Source: Macrostomum hystrix (lineage: Eukaryota; Animalia; Platyhelminthes). Taken from it: a stretch of 64,000 nt of DNA. Every line of letters starts with the position of its first letter. Position 1 is the first letter of the stretch. The stretch spans positions 15,686,001 to 15,750,000 of the forward strand of contig CATNEN010000001.1 in NCBI GenBank assembly GCA_950097015.1, written 5' to 3'. The notes below the pieces were generated by a model. It did not search any database. It saw only the letters and a list, made by a program, of their open reading frames with translations, and was not told the DNA's origin. Shown here in pieces: positions 51,182-64,000 of this stretch. The position numbers and the translations under genes are program-made.

Positions 51182-54027
51182 CTAACTCTCGCTACTCCTG
51201 TCAAAGAAGCTGACAAGAGTGGATAAGAACCTTTTGGGCGGACGCACAGGGCTACCGGAGCGGGTGACAGTGACAGGTGGATGCGGCGGAGGCGCTTGCG
51301 CAGCTTGATCGTGATTTTGTTGATCAGGTGGTTGGGGTGGAGGCGGTGGTCCTGGTGGTTGAGGATTCGGTTCGGCTTGAACCTCAACATCCGCACCGAT
51401 ATCAGACACGTGAATGTTAGTGACAATGCTGGCAGGAGGTGATGATGAAATCTGACGATCTGATGATACAGAGTTCTCGGACTGAGCAGACGGATCTGGT
51501 TGGTTGGTAGGCAGAGGACGGTTTACCTGCTGCTCCTGCTCGCAAGGTTGGCCAGGGGCCAGAGCAGATCCTGAGCAGCTTGACCAGTCTGAACTAAAAC
51601 TAGGTCTAGGGCTATCGTCCCCCTGTCCTAATCTGGATGACTGCGGCATTCTAGCACTGATGTCTAGCTTAAATCTGTCGACAACATCCTGGTAATTAGG
51701 CTGACGAATGCATCTCTTCATACGATCGACATTGTAAATGTTATGGCTAGGATTCGGAATTCTGTAGGGCGAATTCTCATGATCAACTTCTGGAACTAGA
51801 CGATAATTTCTCTCCGAGATTTTCTGGACAACTTTGTAAGGTCCGAGCCAAACGGATGGGTCAAGACCCTTGTGGTCTGGGTTCAGAACCCACACTAGCT
51901 CTCCTACCTCATAACTAGATCTAAACACAGAACGGTCATAGTAGCGCTTCTGTCTGAGCTGGGACTTTTTCCGGACTGCACGAGCAGCGGCAGAAGCTTC
52001 GACTAGGTTCTTGTGTAGCAGGTGCGCGAAGTTCTCGGGATCGCAAAGGTCTTGATTAGGCGGGTTGTAGGCTAGATCTAGTGGCATCTCGAATTCCCGC
52101 CCAAAAAAACAATTTAGCAGGCGTCATGCCAGTGGATTCTGACTCTAGGGCACGGATCGCCATACCTGCACACCTCGCGGCAAAGGGCCAAGTGACCTGT
52201 CTGTCTGCGCAAACGGCGCGGATTTGGCTTTTGATAGTTTGAATAGTACGCTCAGCCTTACCATTAGCTTGGGGACGGCGAGCTGTGATTCTACAGGTGT
52301 CGATTTCAAGCAACCTAGTGAGCTCAGCTATGGTATTATTAATGAACGCGGTTCCATTGTCTGAAACTAGTTGCTCCATAGCACCGTAACGAACGATCCA
52401 CTCAGTCAAGATCGCTGTTGCGGTTGTCTCGACAGTCACGTCCTTGACCGGAATAATTTCTAGGAATCCGGAGAAGCGATCTACCATTGCTAAAAGAGAT
52501 TTTTGAATCATTCCTGCTCTGGGAATGGCCCGCAGTGATCAACGTGGACCACCTGGTTCGGGTAGCCTGCAAGGGTCGGCATCATGGGGGCCTTATTCTT
52601 CCGCTTGTTCTTTTTAGTTCGAGCACAGACTTCACAGCTATTCACGATTCCTTTGACAATGACTTCGAGATTGAAAATTTGAAAATTCTTCTTTAAAGTA
52701 GTCAAGGTCTTTTTAAGTCCCGAGTGATTGATGCTTCTATGATAGTTGCTAATCAGCTTGTCTACGCTGGCACTTTCAGGGATCACAGCTAATTTAGCAG
52801 CTGGTTTTCGCTTCTTAGAGGGCTTGTTCCTAAGGAGAAGGTTGTTTTCGACTGAAAGTTCGTCAAACATCGCCCACAGGGCTCTCACTTCACGGCTACA
52901 GCCTTGGAGCTCCTGCTTCGATAGTCTCTCTTCTCTACCTGCAACTGCTTCTCTAAGGCGAACAATCTCTACGTCTGACTCTTGAGCTCTAAGAATCCAG
53001 TCCCTTTCATCCTGCTCTAATTGGTCTTCACGTTCACTCTCGGAGTCTACAGCAACAACTGTGGATCTATCGGGGACCTCTGCCTAGACAGCACATGCTG
53101 CAGGAGGCTTGGCAACCGATTAGGGCATGGTTGGCGTCTTAGGTTCACACATGAGTAGGTCCTGGGTGTCCCCGCAGCCTGCAGATGGAGGTGGCGCTGG
53201 GGGTTTGCTTGCGCAGCTAATGCTGCAGCTGCTCGCCGCTGACTTGGTACACCCGTTAACTAATGGCTTCGTCAGAGTTGCTGTTGTGGTTAGAGGCTTA
53301 AAGCTGGCTTGCACTGCTACTTCAAAATGAACTTCATGTGTTTGACAGCCAGCACCTGACTGTCTACCATTGAGACGAACATCAGACTCAACTAGAGTCT
53401 GGGTGCTAATACTGGCACAGTTGATTTTGACTTCGGCAAGTTCAGAGGGCGTCGATTTTTTTTCTTTCTGAAACTTGGGTTGGAACTCAGGGATCCTGTT
53501 GCACGTCGGGCAGTCAAAATGGTCAGCCCTAAACTTAGGATTACGGCTTAACACGTCTACATTGGTATGATTTTTTCCTGCACGGTGACTGACCTGGAAA
53601 TCGTACTCGGCAATTCTCTCCAACGGGGTCTGGTCCACCTTGAAGGAGTATGGTTCCAGAGTAACTAACCACTGAGCTAGCATTCCCGTGGCGTTTTTCT
53701 TAGAATGCAGCCATTTCAGAGCGACGGCATCAGTGCGCACTAGAAATTCGCGGTCTAAGAGATAGGTCCTGAGCTGTTCTAGCATTAGGATCAATCCTAG
53801 CAGCTCTCTCATGGTAGCGCAGTAATTTCACTGAGCATTACTGAATTTCTTGGAGGCATAGGCTATTACCTGTTCTTCAGCATTCTCGCCAACCTGAGAC
53901 AGCACTCCTCCTACTCCTTCCAGGGAACTGTCGCAGTCCAAAATGAACGTACCGGCAGTGGGACTCAGGTCCGGATAGGTTAGGACAGGTGGTTTGCATA
54001 GATTGGACTTTAATTCTTGGAAATAGT
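51182..54027 (-). pseudogene. Ty3/Gypsy pol fragment (RNase H, spacer, integrase), same lineage as 29-35 kb
   Basis: DCDSS, RADHFDCPTC, HHCC, SDNGTAF, WLGPYK; several frameshifts. Confidence 0.9.
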
Positions 54028-54683
54028 TGTAACAGAACTCCTGGCACTCGAGTGACAGCGATGACAGCAGGGTGGCTGTCGAATGTTCGAGACCTATGCT
54101 ATTGGCGTCTAGGTACAGACGGAACTGCGTCCACCAGATTTAAAACTTCATTTTAGGTGTGTAGGCAACTGGGGGCCTCAGTCTACAGCTCATCCTGTGC
54201 ACCTTAGTGTTGGTGTTATCGCGGATTTCGGCTAAGGTCTTGGCTAGGTCGCTGAGGGAAGTTTCGCGCAGCTGCTCACCTTCCCCCGTCTCTACCTCCT
54301 CCCTCTCGTCCACACCATCTGGGGCCCCCGTCTCTACCTCCTCCCTCTCGTCCACACCATCTGGGGCCCCCGTCTCTACCTCCTCCCTCTCGTCCACACC
54401 ATCTGGGGCAGCGGTGGTTGCCGCTCCATCGGTTACTTCAGTACCAGATCCGGTCCCAGACATGGGCAAAAGCGCTAATACAACGAAGACTAGGAGAACC
54501 AGGAAGGGGCCAAGACCCGACAAAAAGCAGCAAGAGACTTGTGGCAGTTTATAAAAATAAATAAAGAACTAACGATTGGCTTGCCTATTCTAGTTACTTC
54601 CACAATGACCTATGCTAAAGACAAAAGCAAAAAGAACTCAGCTTTGGTCGCAACAACTGATGCCGAGTCCAGCTGCTGTCCGG

Positions 54684-54803
54684 TTCTGATGTCAAGTCAG
54701 AGGGCCGGAAGGCGGCAGCGCAGTCAGAGGGCCGGCAGGCGGCAGCGCAGTCAGAGGGCCGGCAGGCGGTAGCGTAGTCAGAGGGCCGGCAGGCGGCAGC
54801 GCA
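54684..54803. repeat. 27-bp tandem repeat; a 39-bp repeat lies nearby at about 54284-54408
   Basis: About 4 copies of GTCAGAGGGCCGGCAGGCGGCAGCGCA. Confidence 0.85.
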
Positions 54804-56370
54804 GAGGCCGGTAGGGCAATCAGAGACCGGCAGGCGGCGAAGTCAGCGGGTTGGGCTAAGGCCAGCATTGAATGCATACACTATCGGTAATTATTGAATA
54901 TTCAAAATAAATAAACACATACTAAGATGATTCAGAAATACACTAATATAATATAAATATTTCACTAAACCTAATCCGTCACAGGGTTTTTGTAGGCCTA
55001 TGAAAGAATTTTCTATGCTTTCTCTAATGATCATAGCTTTACTCCACTTTCAGTGTTACATTCAGCTGGGTAAATCTCAAATTGCATTTCCAAAGATTAT
55101 AACAAAGTTGCAGATGTAACAGTTTTTGATGTAACGGCAAGTAAATGTCAAATGGGTATATTTTTACTGTTAAAAATCTAAATTGATGCTTTTAATGTCA
55201 AAGCATTTAATTTTTGCTAATCTGCTCGATATTAGTGACACATTTTGCCAAAATTCAACAGAAAAATTATTAAGCGACGCGTGTCCGAGCCACGATTTTG
55301 GACTTTAGGCAGGAAATTAGTAATGATAACGAGTCTAATGATAAAGTATGTATACGGGAATATGTGAGAAGAAACTAGATTACCATAAAACATTAATTAA
55401 ATTACTTGGTTCTACTGTTATTAGTCATCGGTGTCATTTATACGAAATTGCTAAATGAAAACTGCTCTTCTAAATTACCAATCTGAAAGTGCATTAACCA
55501 AGAGAATTTTTTTTGAATGTGCAATAGTTTTTTTTACAGCTTCACAACCTCTTGGAGAGTCTTTGACAAAAATTTGTCATACCACATATAATGACAAAGA
55601 ATTTCTAATTAATGTATATATTGTGCTGCTTTATGAGGACAAAACAGACTTTATTAACACGCACGTCAAGACATCCAAAGAAAATAAAGACCTTTCTGCT
55701 ATTTATAAATGCCAATATGTCATAGGCCCATGACCCTTTGCCATTTTTCTTTGAATAACATAACTGTATTTTTTTAGTGCCACCGGTTGTAGCAAAATAG
55801 TTGTTTTTTGTTCAATAAATCATAAATGGCACCAAGGACTATTTATAATTGAGAATTTAACAAATTGAAAGCTGATATATAGATAATTAAACTTTTGTAC
55901 ACAGTAACGCAGTTAACCTTACATTTTTTGTGTGCTGCAAAAATAATTTTTGTTTTATATTGTGATACTTTTAGCCTATGAATTGAATGGAAAATTAAAG
56001 TCCAGTTTAATTTATTGCTATAAGGGAATATAAAAATGAACATGGCCAGCTACACATCTTTAAATTATCTTCAGCTTGTAATATTACTTTATTATCATTG
56101 CTAATAAATGATGCAGCGTGGCTACATTCATTGTCAGCATACATATTCATAAGGAATGGATGTAGCTAGACTTTAAGTTTGTAAGACAAGAAAATGTAGA
56201 AAAAAATTGCAAATAAAAAATAACTTTTTTCATGCATGCTTTGCACCAGTTGCAGGAGCATGCCAAGCAAAATAGCCACGCGTCATATAATGATGAGGGC
56301 CTATAGATCCCAGAAGTTGAAGGAAGATCCTGATGGCTACCATCGTCGCCAGCGCTTCCTAGTAACAAAG

Positions 56371-58699
56371 TGATGTGGAGTGTGCTGCGGGAATCGAGTG
56401 GGAATGTGAGCCAGCGGAATTTTTCAAATTTTTAAGCAATCAATAATCGCGACCCACCTAGCAGCTGGCCACAAACAAGATCATTAATCTTAGGGCCGGG
56501 TTTTGGGCGGCGGTGAATTAAGTAGCCGTCGAATCCCTTTTCCCTGGATCTGTCTAGACCCCTGTAGGAATGAATGATCGCGGCCATAGCTCTTATTGTA
56601 TGAGTAGTTTCGGTCATAATTCCCCTCCAAACCGCGATCAGATATTGGGAATCACTCGGGCATTATGAGTGATCATTAATTAATGTCCCCACTTCTTTAC
56701 AGTATTCGAGCCCAGCTCGACTTTATGACCTCCTCTCTTAGATACATGTAAATGTCACTGTAGGCAGGTCGGCGCCTGCGCTTCCCATTGTCCTGGCGGA
56801 GTAACAATTATTGGCCGACTGTCGGCGGCTGCTCGTGAAGGAGCATCTGTCGTTTCTCGCCGCTGGTTCATTGGGTAATCGGGGCGGCAATCGCCGCTTC
56901 AATTCCTCGATGACAGGCTGGCGCGAATGTGGGTTATTTTGATGGATGTCGGGGTTGGCGTGCTGCAAGACTATTTAAGGAAGCGCGCTGCGCTGCCCCT
57001 AGGACAACATTTTCCTTTCCCCGGACCTCGACCTATCTCATTGCCGGGCCGGACTCCCACCGGACCTAAGGCACTTTTCCCACATCCATTTAGGGCTTAG
57101 ACCCCAGAGCTATAAGCTCAAACAAGCGCTCACAGGCCCATTGCCTGTCTCCTTTCCCCTAAGCGCAAGCCACCTCTTTAGGTGAGCTCTAAATTGAGCC
57201 ACTGTGCTCCCAGTGTGTTGGCCCCTGCCAGCTCACAGCAGTTTCCCCCTTCTCTGCCTTGCTGTTTTGCCCTATCCCTTCCCCGAGAGCTACAGGATTG
57301 CAGCACGCGGCCGAATCAGCATCCAGATAAGTAACCCGCGCAGCGGTTTCGTAATTATTACTCCTAAGGGACTAACACTTTAGGTTAGGCGGCAATTAGT
57401 GGGAGGGAAACTAGGGATTTGTTTAGCCTAATAAACTTTCTAATCACAGCTATCATTTAACTTATTGGGCTTAATTTTACAACAACTTAATTCCTTTTAC
57501 TATGTCTCTCCTTCGCTTTTATTTCATTGTTAGACAGCCCTCGATCATGAGTGGCTAACTCATTAGGGGGGTGGGCTCTGGTGATGCCGAGCTGAAAGCT
57601 GCGGCAGGAAGACAACTGTGAGCGCGCATGAGAGTAATAAGGAGCTAGGGATTTGCGAGTAAAATGCGGAATATAGCGTGTGCATTGCTGCCTAGGGGCG
57701 GGGAATTCCTTGGCCGGCTTTCCTCTCTCACTGGCGGATTCCAGTGTGCGCGTCAAACTCCTTTGTCAATTGAATTCTCCTTCTATTCCCCGCCCTCGCA
57801 ACTACGGCCATGGGAGCGAGAGGCGTGATCTAATAATTTTCGCTTGCATAATCACTCAGCCAGTGTTCTGCTTAATCTCTCCTGCCTCTGATTTCCTCAT
57901 CTCACACGGATTCGGATTTGTTAGTTACCTAATGTGTGGGCTGCAATCTAATGTAAGGAATGTGCCTGATGTTTCATGAGTAGGATTCCGGCTATGGATT
58001 TTCATTCGAGTTCTTAGTACCACCTTTCTAGACCCCTGTAGCGCGAATTCAGGAATCCCCTGTTGAGGCGTGTCTCGATCCATTCTGGGGCTCTCACCCC
58101 AGTCTAAAACGGAAGTTGCAGAATGCCCTATTTTTCGGCTTGTCTAGATCTGTGTGATGAACTGGGAGCTGTGTACTCCGGGGACCCAAGTTCCCAAATG
58201 TCTGCGGTGGCAACGTAGGCGCATTGGGTGGTGGCGCTACCCGAGATCTTTTTCCGCTTTGCCAATAGCCTTTCCGCATTTCTGTGACAAGAGCCTGGGC
58301 CGTTTCGACCACCGCTACCAAGGTTAGGAGTCGGTTATTTACATGCTACTGACGACAGTAGGCTCTCTAGCCCTGTCCTATCTGTCTACGGATAGTCCGA
58401 TGCCTCACTTTAGACTTTTAGCCGGTTTCGAGCACTGCTAGGGGTAGGCACGGCAGTCATGCCTGTGGCCTATGGGACGAGTGGGACTGGCCAGCCTGAG
58501 GCCAATAGGACCACTCCTTGCATCCTTTGTACCGCCTCATCTCTCCCTTCATCTCTCCCTTCATCCCTCCCTTCGCCTCATCCCTCTCTGCGACAACTCG
58601 CGGCAGCAGCGTGATCGACCTCCGACTCTATCGTCGTTTTTCCACACTCCTATCTGTCATGAGGGCGGTCATCGGCTTGTAAAAGACCCAACCATTTCA
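56371..58699 (+). mobile_element. ~2.3-kb solo-LTR-like element, copy 4 (uninterrupted, 2329 bp)
   Basis: TGATGTGG...CCATTTCA ends, TSD AAAG, TATTTAA at 56972. Confidence 0.92.
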
Positions 58700-61330
58700 A
58701 AAGTGCCAATTACATAGGCAGCATGGGCTTTCAAGAGAGGACGCAGAGGCGGAGTCGCTTAGGAGGCTGCAGGTAAACGACCTTAAACGGCAGGCTCACA
58801 CTGAACCTACGAGGACGAATAGGACGAAGACTAAGTCTGAGGCTGCCAAAAAACGAGAGGCGCCGCCGAAAAGCTGCTGCCGCTGCTAAATTGAGCGAAT
58901 TAGAAAAGTTAAGACGGCAGCTGAGCTGAGTTCAAAAAGCTGACTATCGGCGACGCTCATCACAGCGGGCTTGAGATGGTGAGAATGATTTGGACACCAT
59001 CTCAAGAGGACCTCGCTAAGCAATTTTTTTCTCAGCGATAGTGAGGACAATGAATTGGATCTTGTTGATCAACTACTTCTAAATGATAACGCCAATATCG
59101 CCAAGGAGTGGGAAAAGAATCGGAGAATGAGGCACCAGAAAAACAGCCAACGCGACCCAAGCCCTTAGGCAGGCCAAAGAAAACAATGATGCGCGATGGG
59201 CCTGAAGCGCGTGCTGCGCCTGTTATGCCAACAAACTTATAGAAACCTCAGACGTTACCTACGGTACTCGAGGCGGTCTAGGCAATCAACACCCTGCCCA
59301 CATGGGGTCCTGCAGTGGCATCCCAACTGGGACGAAAGAGATTTGCAACAGTGGTTTCAAAACCAACAATGCCAACAACAGACAAACACAAGTTGCTACA
59401 CCTACAGGCAAACACTCCTGTAATAGTTCCAAAAGAAGTATTAAGCCGCCACCCCGAGGGAGCTAAACCCAGCACCTTGCTAAATCAGCCAGCCTGGTGG
59501 GCCCCACCTAAACCAGCTCGCAAGTGGCATAAACCTCAGCCATTAGAAATGTATGTCATCACAAACAAAGAAACCAGCAAATCCGGCTCTATCAGGAAAG
59601 TCCGCCTCACCACCGCGTGACCCTAGGAAGCTGCCACAATCCACATCTCTACCAGATCTAAGACAACAACTTAAGGTGAACTCACATAAAATTCTATCAA
59701 CCAACATGGGTGAAGACTATGGCATGCTGTTGCATACCCTGGAAGAAGACCAACAACAGCAGCTAAAACACCAAGTCGCGTTGCTAAAACAATATTATCT
59801 GAGGACTGGTCGATATAATGACATGCAGGCGCCGCCAAAGCGAGAAGAAATCACTCCAGTGGTTCATAAATTACAGCGCAATTTCTCGCCAGTGCTCACT
59901 GTAGCTGCATGGCGGCGAGCCACTAAATACACCCTGCATTCGCTAGACTTAGCCATCAAGGGCTATTATGTCGCGAAGATTTTAACCGAAGTCATCTGGA
60001 TCGGCCAAGAGGTCAGCTGGCCCTACAAGGACCAGCTCCCCGAAGAGTTCGCCTTAGATGAAGATTAGTTTTTCAATGTATATAAAATTTGTCAATGAAT
60101 TATATTAAGGAATTATTCTATTAGTACGTTAGGCCCCTTTTATCCTCTATGTAATAATTAGTAAATTTCCTTTAAAAATTTGACTCACAACATTTTGTTT
60201 TAGTCTTTTCTGCTGCCTCAATTTTTTTATATAAATAGGACTAATTTTCACGTCTCCAAAAATATATATATCTCATCGTCTTTGGCGATCAAACTATTCA
60301 AAGTAAAAAGCCATATTAATTAGTGTTCTTTAAATAAATAACTTCGTGTTTATTATTTAAAAAGGGGATTAGAACTGTTTTAGTTCTATCCAAATTACCC
60401 GGTGAACACAGTATCGAGCTGTATTAGTTCTATACTACTAATAAGGAATAAACGTATTGTTTAACTAACTAATGTGTATTGTCTTTAATATTTAGGGTGT
60501 GCCAACGTATTGTTGACTTAACTAAGGTGTACTGTCTTTACTGTTTAGAGTGTACTACTCGCGACAGACGAATATACTGAAGTCTTACGTAGTGTATGGC
60601 CAGAAACGTACAAATCTACAAGTCCCAACTGTATTCGGAAGGAATTCTCACTCTTTCACTCTCCTGATCGTGAATATCGGGCAACTTCAATCCACTGCGT
60701 AAAGCCCTGGAAGACTGAAATTGGAATATTAGGGAGTGCCTTACCGCTCAGGCCCATACTCCGGAAGGTGACTGGTACGCCGGCGATTTCCGGCGTACCA
60801 AATGAGTTATCCGAAAATTGGCGTACCACTATTGGCGTACCACCGATTCGAAAAAGCATTTGGCTTTGGCGGACGACCAAGCTGAAGTTGAATTGGCGTA
60901 CCACTTTTAGCGTACCATTGGCACACCAGGCAAAAAAATTGTTGCCAGAGTAAAAACTTTTTGTAATTTTGCGTAAATTACAACATACAAGATACGACTA
61001 CACCACACGACAATGTATTTTACGTAAAAAAATGCATATATTTTTCCTGCATTGTATAACTTGATTAATCATTTCATAAATATATAATTGAAATAATTAA
61101 GCCGGGTATTTTAAGTAAATAAATTTCTGCGCGCTAATTATATTTGTTATTTTTGTTAAAGTTAATATTTGTTAAAGTTTGTCCGTCATATTTTTTACCG
61201 TTTTCAAAGTCGAAATGCTCGGCTTTCGGGGCTAATTTCGTAGGTATGTAATGGTTCCACGATACATATTCAGATTTATATTCGAAATATAACAAACACT
61301 CTGGCTCTGTCCTACCAAATCACATGAAAA

Positions 61331-62069
61331 TTTACAGTCGTCGAACAGCAAGCGAGTTTTCAGTGCATATCAAATTTGGAGTCGGTTCGTAGTACAGTTC
61401 AAAAGTTATTTACGTCTGAACTGTGCTCGCCTATCTCCGCAATGCATTTATATGCAATCTTAGATGCCATATTTATATTCAGAGTAGAGCCACTTTCGCT
61501 GCACCAATTTCAACCAAACTTTACAGTCGTCGAACAGCAAGCGAGTTTTCAGTGCATATCAAATTTGGAGTCGGTTCGTAGTACAGTTCAAAAGTTATTT
61601 ACGTCTGAACTGTGCTCGCCTATCTCCGCAATGCATTTATATGCAATCTTAGATGCCATATTTATATTCAGAGTAGAGCCACTTTCGCTGCACCAATTTC
61701 AACCAAACTTTACAGTCGTCGAACAGCAAGCGAGTTTTCAGTGCATATCAAATTTGGAGTCGGTTCGTAGTACAGTTCAAAAGTTATTTACGTCTGAACT
61801 GTGCTCGCCTATCTCCGCAATGCATTTATATGCAATCTTAGATGCCATATTTATATTCAGAGTAGAGCCACTTTCGCTGCACCAATTTCAACCAAACTTT
61901 ACAGTCGTCGAACAGCAAGCGAGTTTTCAGTGCATATCAAATTTGGAGTCGGTTCGTAGTACAGTTCAAAAGTTATTTACGTCTGAACTGTGCTCGCCTA
62001 TCTCCGCAATGCATTTATATGCAATCTTAGATGCCATATTTATATTCAGAGTAGAGCCACTTTCGCTGC
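61331..62069. repeat. 189-bp tandem array, about 3.9 apparently identical units
   Basis: Units start at 61331, 61520, 61709 and 61898. Confidence 0.95.
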
Positions 62070-62447
62070 TCAACTTTACTGTCTTCGAACAGCCCTGATC
62101 AATGAAATGTTTTTGCATGCTTCATTAATTTCCTATGACATGCGAGACACAAACGCTTTGTTGGTGAGTGGAAAGAAAACTAAACCTCTTAAAAGTTCTA
62201 CGAGGCCACTATAAAATGAAATTCAACATGCAAAACTTTGAAATTATTGAGACGCTATCGAATTATCGATTGGTGTGAACTTCACACTTTAATTCACACA
62301 GAAAGTCTGCAGAGTTTCGAGGCGTCGGACATACAGTCTTTCTCTTTAAAAATGAAGAGACTGTGGCTCTACTGGTATAGTCTATGGGCGTAAACAAGAT
62401 GTCAAAGGCTATTGAGCACAACAATGTATATATATTGTACGCTCTCA

Positions 62448-62670
62448 GAGGGTGTAGCCTTGTGGTTAGAGCGTCGGACTCACAACGTGAAGGTTGGGGG
62501 TTCGATTCCCGACTCCACTGGAACAGTTAGTGTCCTTTAGCAAGACACTTAGCAAGACACTTAGCAAGACACTTAGCAAGACTCTGACTTTGCCTTAGTT
62601 CACCCAGTTGCATGGTTACCAGCATTAGCTGGGATAATTGAGGGTGGGTGTGCATGGCGTCCCACAGTCC
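62448..62670 (+). mobile_element. tRNA-derived SINE with a CORE-like body
   Basis: A box TAGCCTTGTGG, B box GTTCGATTCC, then GTGTCCTT..GCAAGACACTT (AGCAAGACACTT triplicated) and TCACCCAG..ATGG.TACC. 3' end approximate. Confidence 0.65.
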
Positions 62671-64000
62671 ATGGACTGAACAGCCAAACGCAATCTTCAC
62701 AACAGCTGCGGCTGTGCTGTCAGCTGCACACCTGGCCCAATTGGGGCTTTCAACCCAACTGCACTTTAATTCATCTCCTTCAATTACATTTCAGTTCATC
62801 AGAAAAATTTTTATTCCAATTTACACCGGCTCACACTTCTATCTAATCTACATATCCGTCGAACAGAAAAATGTGTGTATCATAGATTCTTCAAGGTCGA
62901 ATGATAATTCCAAAGGACTGATGCGTATTGTGGATCGCTGGAAGTAAGTCTACACCAGATTTTTGTAAAAAAAATAAATGCAATAATAAATATCCCATGA
63001 ACTCCTGGGGACGGCAGTCTCAATGCGAGCGCCGGAAATCCTGGGTTTCTGATCCCAAGTTGGAAGGGAATCAGGCCTTAATCACCCACCCAAGTGATGG
63101 TTGGTAGCTGGTTTTGCGGGAAATTGTGCTGCCCGTTCTAAAGTAAGACAGCAAATACCTTGGGTCGGGCTCGGCTGGGCGCAACGTCGACCAACGTTCT
63201 TCAGGAGCGAAGCGTGCCGTGACGACTGGTGATGAGGAGTTAATATATCAGGGATTGGGGATTCGACATGTACGAAATAATGCTAATTTGTCGTATGAGT
63301 AGAGTAGCAGGGACGAACAGGGGGATAGAGGTCCACTGTCTGCCGAGCTGTCGCCAGGTATGAGTCAGGTGTGACCCAATGGTGTCTTTTTGGGGTGAAA
63401 AACTATGGGTTTTATAGTGGAGAAAACAAGCATGACGCAAGTGAACCGTGATGGAAAGTCCCCGTTTATCCAACCTTTACGCTTTACGCTGCGCAGTGTA
63501 CGATCGAGCCCAGCCGCGTTTTGATTATCCCCGCGTTGTACAGTAAGCTTGGGGGAAGTGAGGTGGATAGTATTACACACATTAGTTGCGTTTGGGAAAT
63601 GTTCGCGAAAATTAAAAAGAAATCTGAAGGTTATTTGAGTTTTCGTCACGCTAGATCGAATCAGAACAATGGGAAGCGGAAGTGGAGTGGACGTTTTGAG
63701 GGTCTGCGGTATTAAAGCGATGAGTCACGTGTTTCTAGCTGCCCTTACATTAATCTATATGGAGAAAAATGGCTGGTAATGGGAAAAAGAGTGACTTTAC
63801 ATTAATAACCCAATTGGGATCAAGTTTGGACACATCATTATATCCTTATTGACATCCATCATTTATATGCATCAGCCGATTGTTGCATTTTAAACAATTC
63901 TCTAATTTCCTAATGCTACAGCCTTTTTACAAGCGCATGTGACGATGGCAGAAGAGAAACGTCAAACATATTTTGCGACGGCGAGACATATGAATCAAAT

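Noticed and set aside
57547-57660. Possible protein coding in the 2.3-kb family (e.g. AELKAAAGRQL, with apparently synonymous changes)
   Set aside because: Stops and indels recur across copies and no frame stays open in all four; the transition-rich changes fit G.U-tolerant RNA structure or drift
58346-58361. CTGAYGA hammerhead ribozyme core
   Set aside because: The motif lies within its own hairpin and has no correctly placed stem II-GAAA-stem III
28331-62069. CRISPR array
   Set aside because: The repeats are head-to-tail with no unique spacers, no cas genes are present and the context is eukaryotic
61376-62098. 240-aa repetitive ORF
   Set aside because: By-product of a 189-bp (3n) tandem unit; non-ATG start and no recognisable domain

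Overview
A eukaryotic (metazoan-type, intron-containing) transposon graveyard with no clearly intact host gene; the organism cannot be determined from sequence alone. From left to right: (1) a Gypsy integrase remnant; (2) a Polinton/Maverick-type double-jelly-roll capsid pseudogene split by a BEL/Pao element, which is itself split by a very young Gypsy element; (3) three nested copies of a ~2.3-kb non-coding TG...CA element with 4-bp TSDs, with a fourth copy at 56.4-58.7 kb; (4) a deleted Gypsy; (5) an APE-type LINE interrupted by a Harbinger MITE; (6) a long Gypsy whose Gag-Pol carries a cold-shock domain between the zinc knuckle and protease; (7) an apparently intact two-gene Harbinger; (8) a CCA-ended tRNA-Asp copy; (9) two mariner relics; (10) a Crypton-type tyrosine recombinase pseudogene next to a trihelix-Myb pseudogene; (11) another Gypsy fragment; (12) a 189-bp tandem array and a tRNA-derived SINE. 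The strongest novelty candidates are the cold-shock-domain Gypsy and the self-nesting 2.3-kb family, whose copies show compensatory base changes indicating conserved RNA structure. All family assignments come from motifs recognised by eye; no database searches were run.
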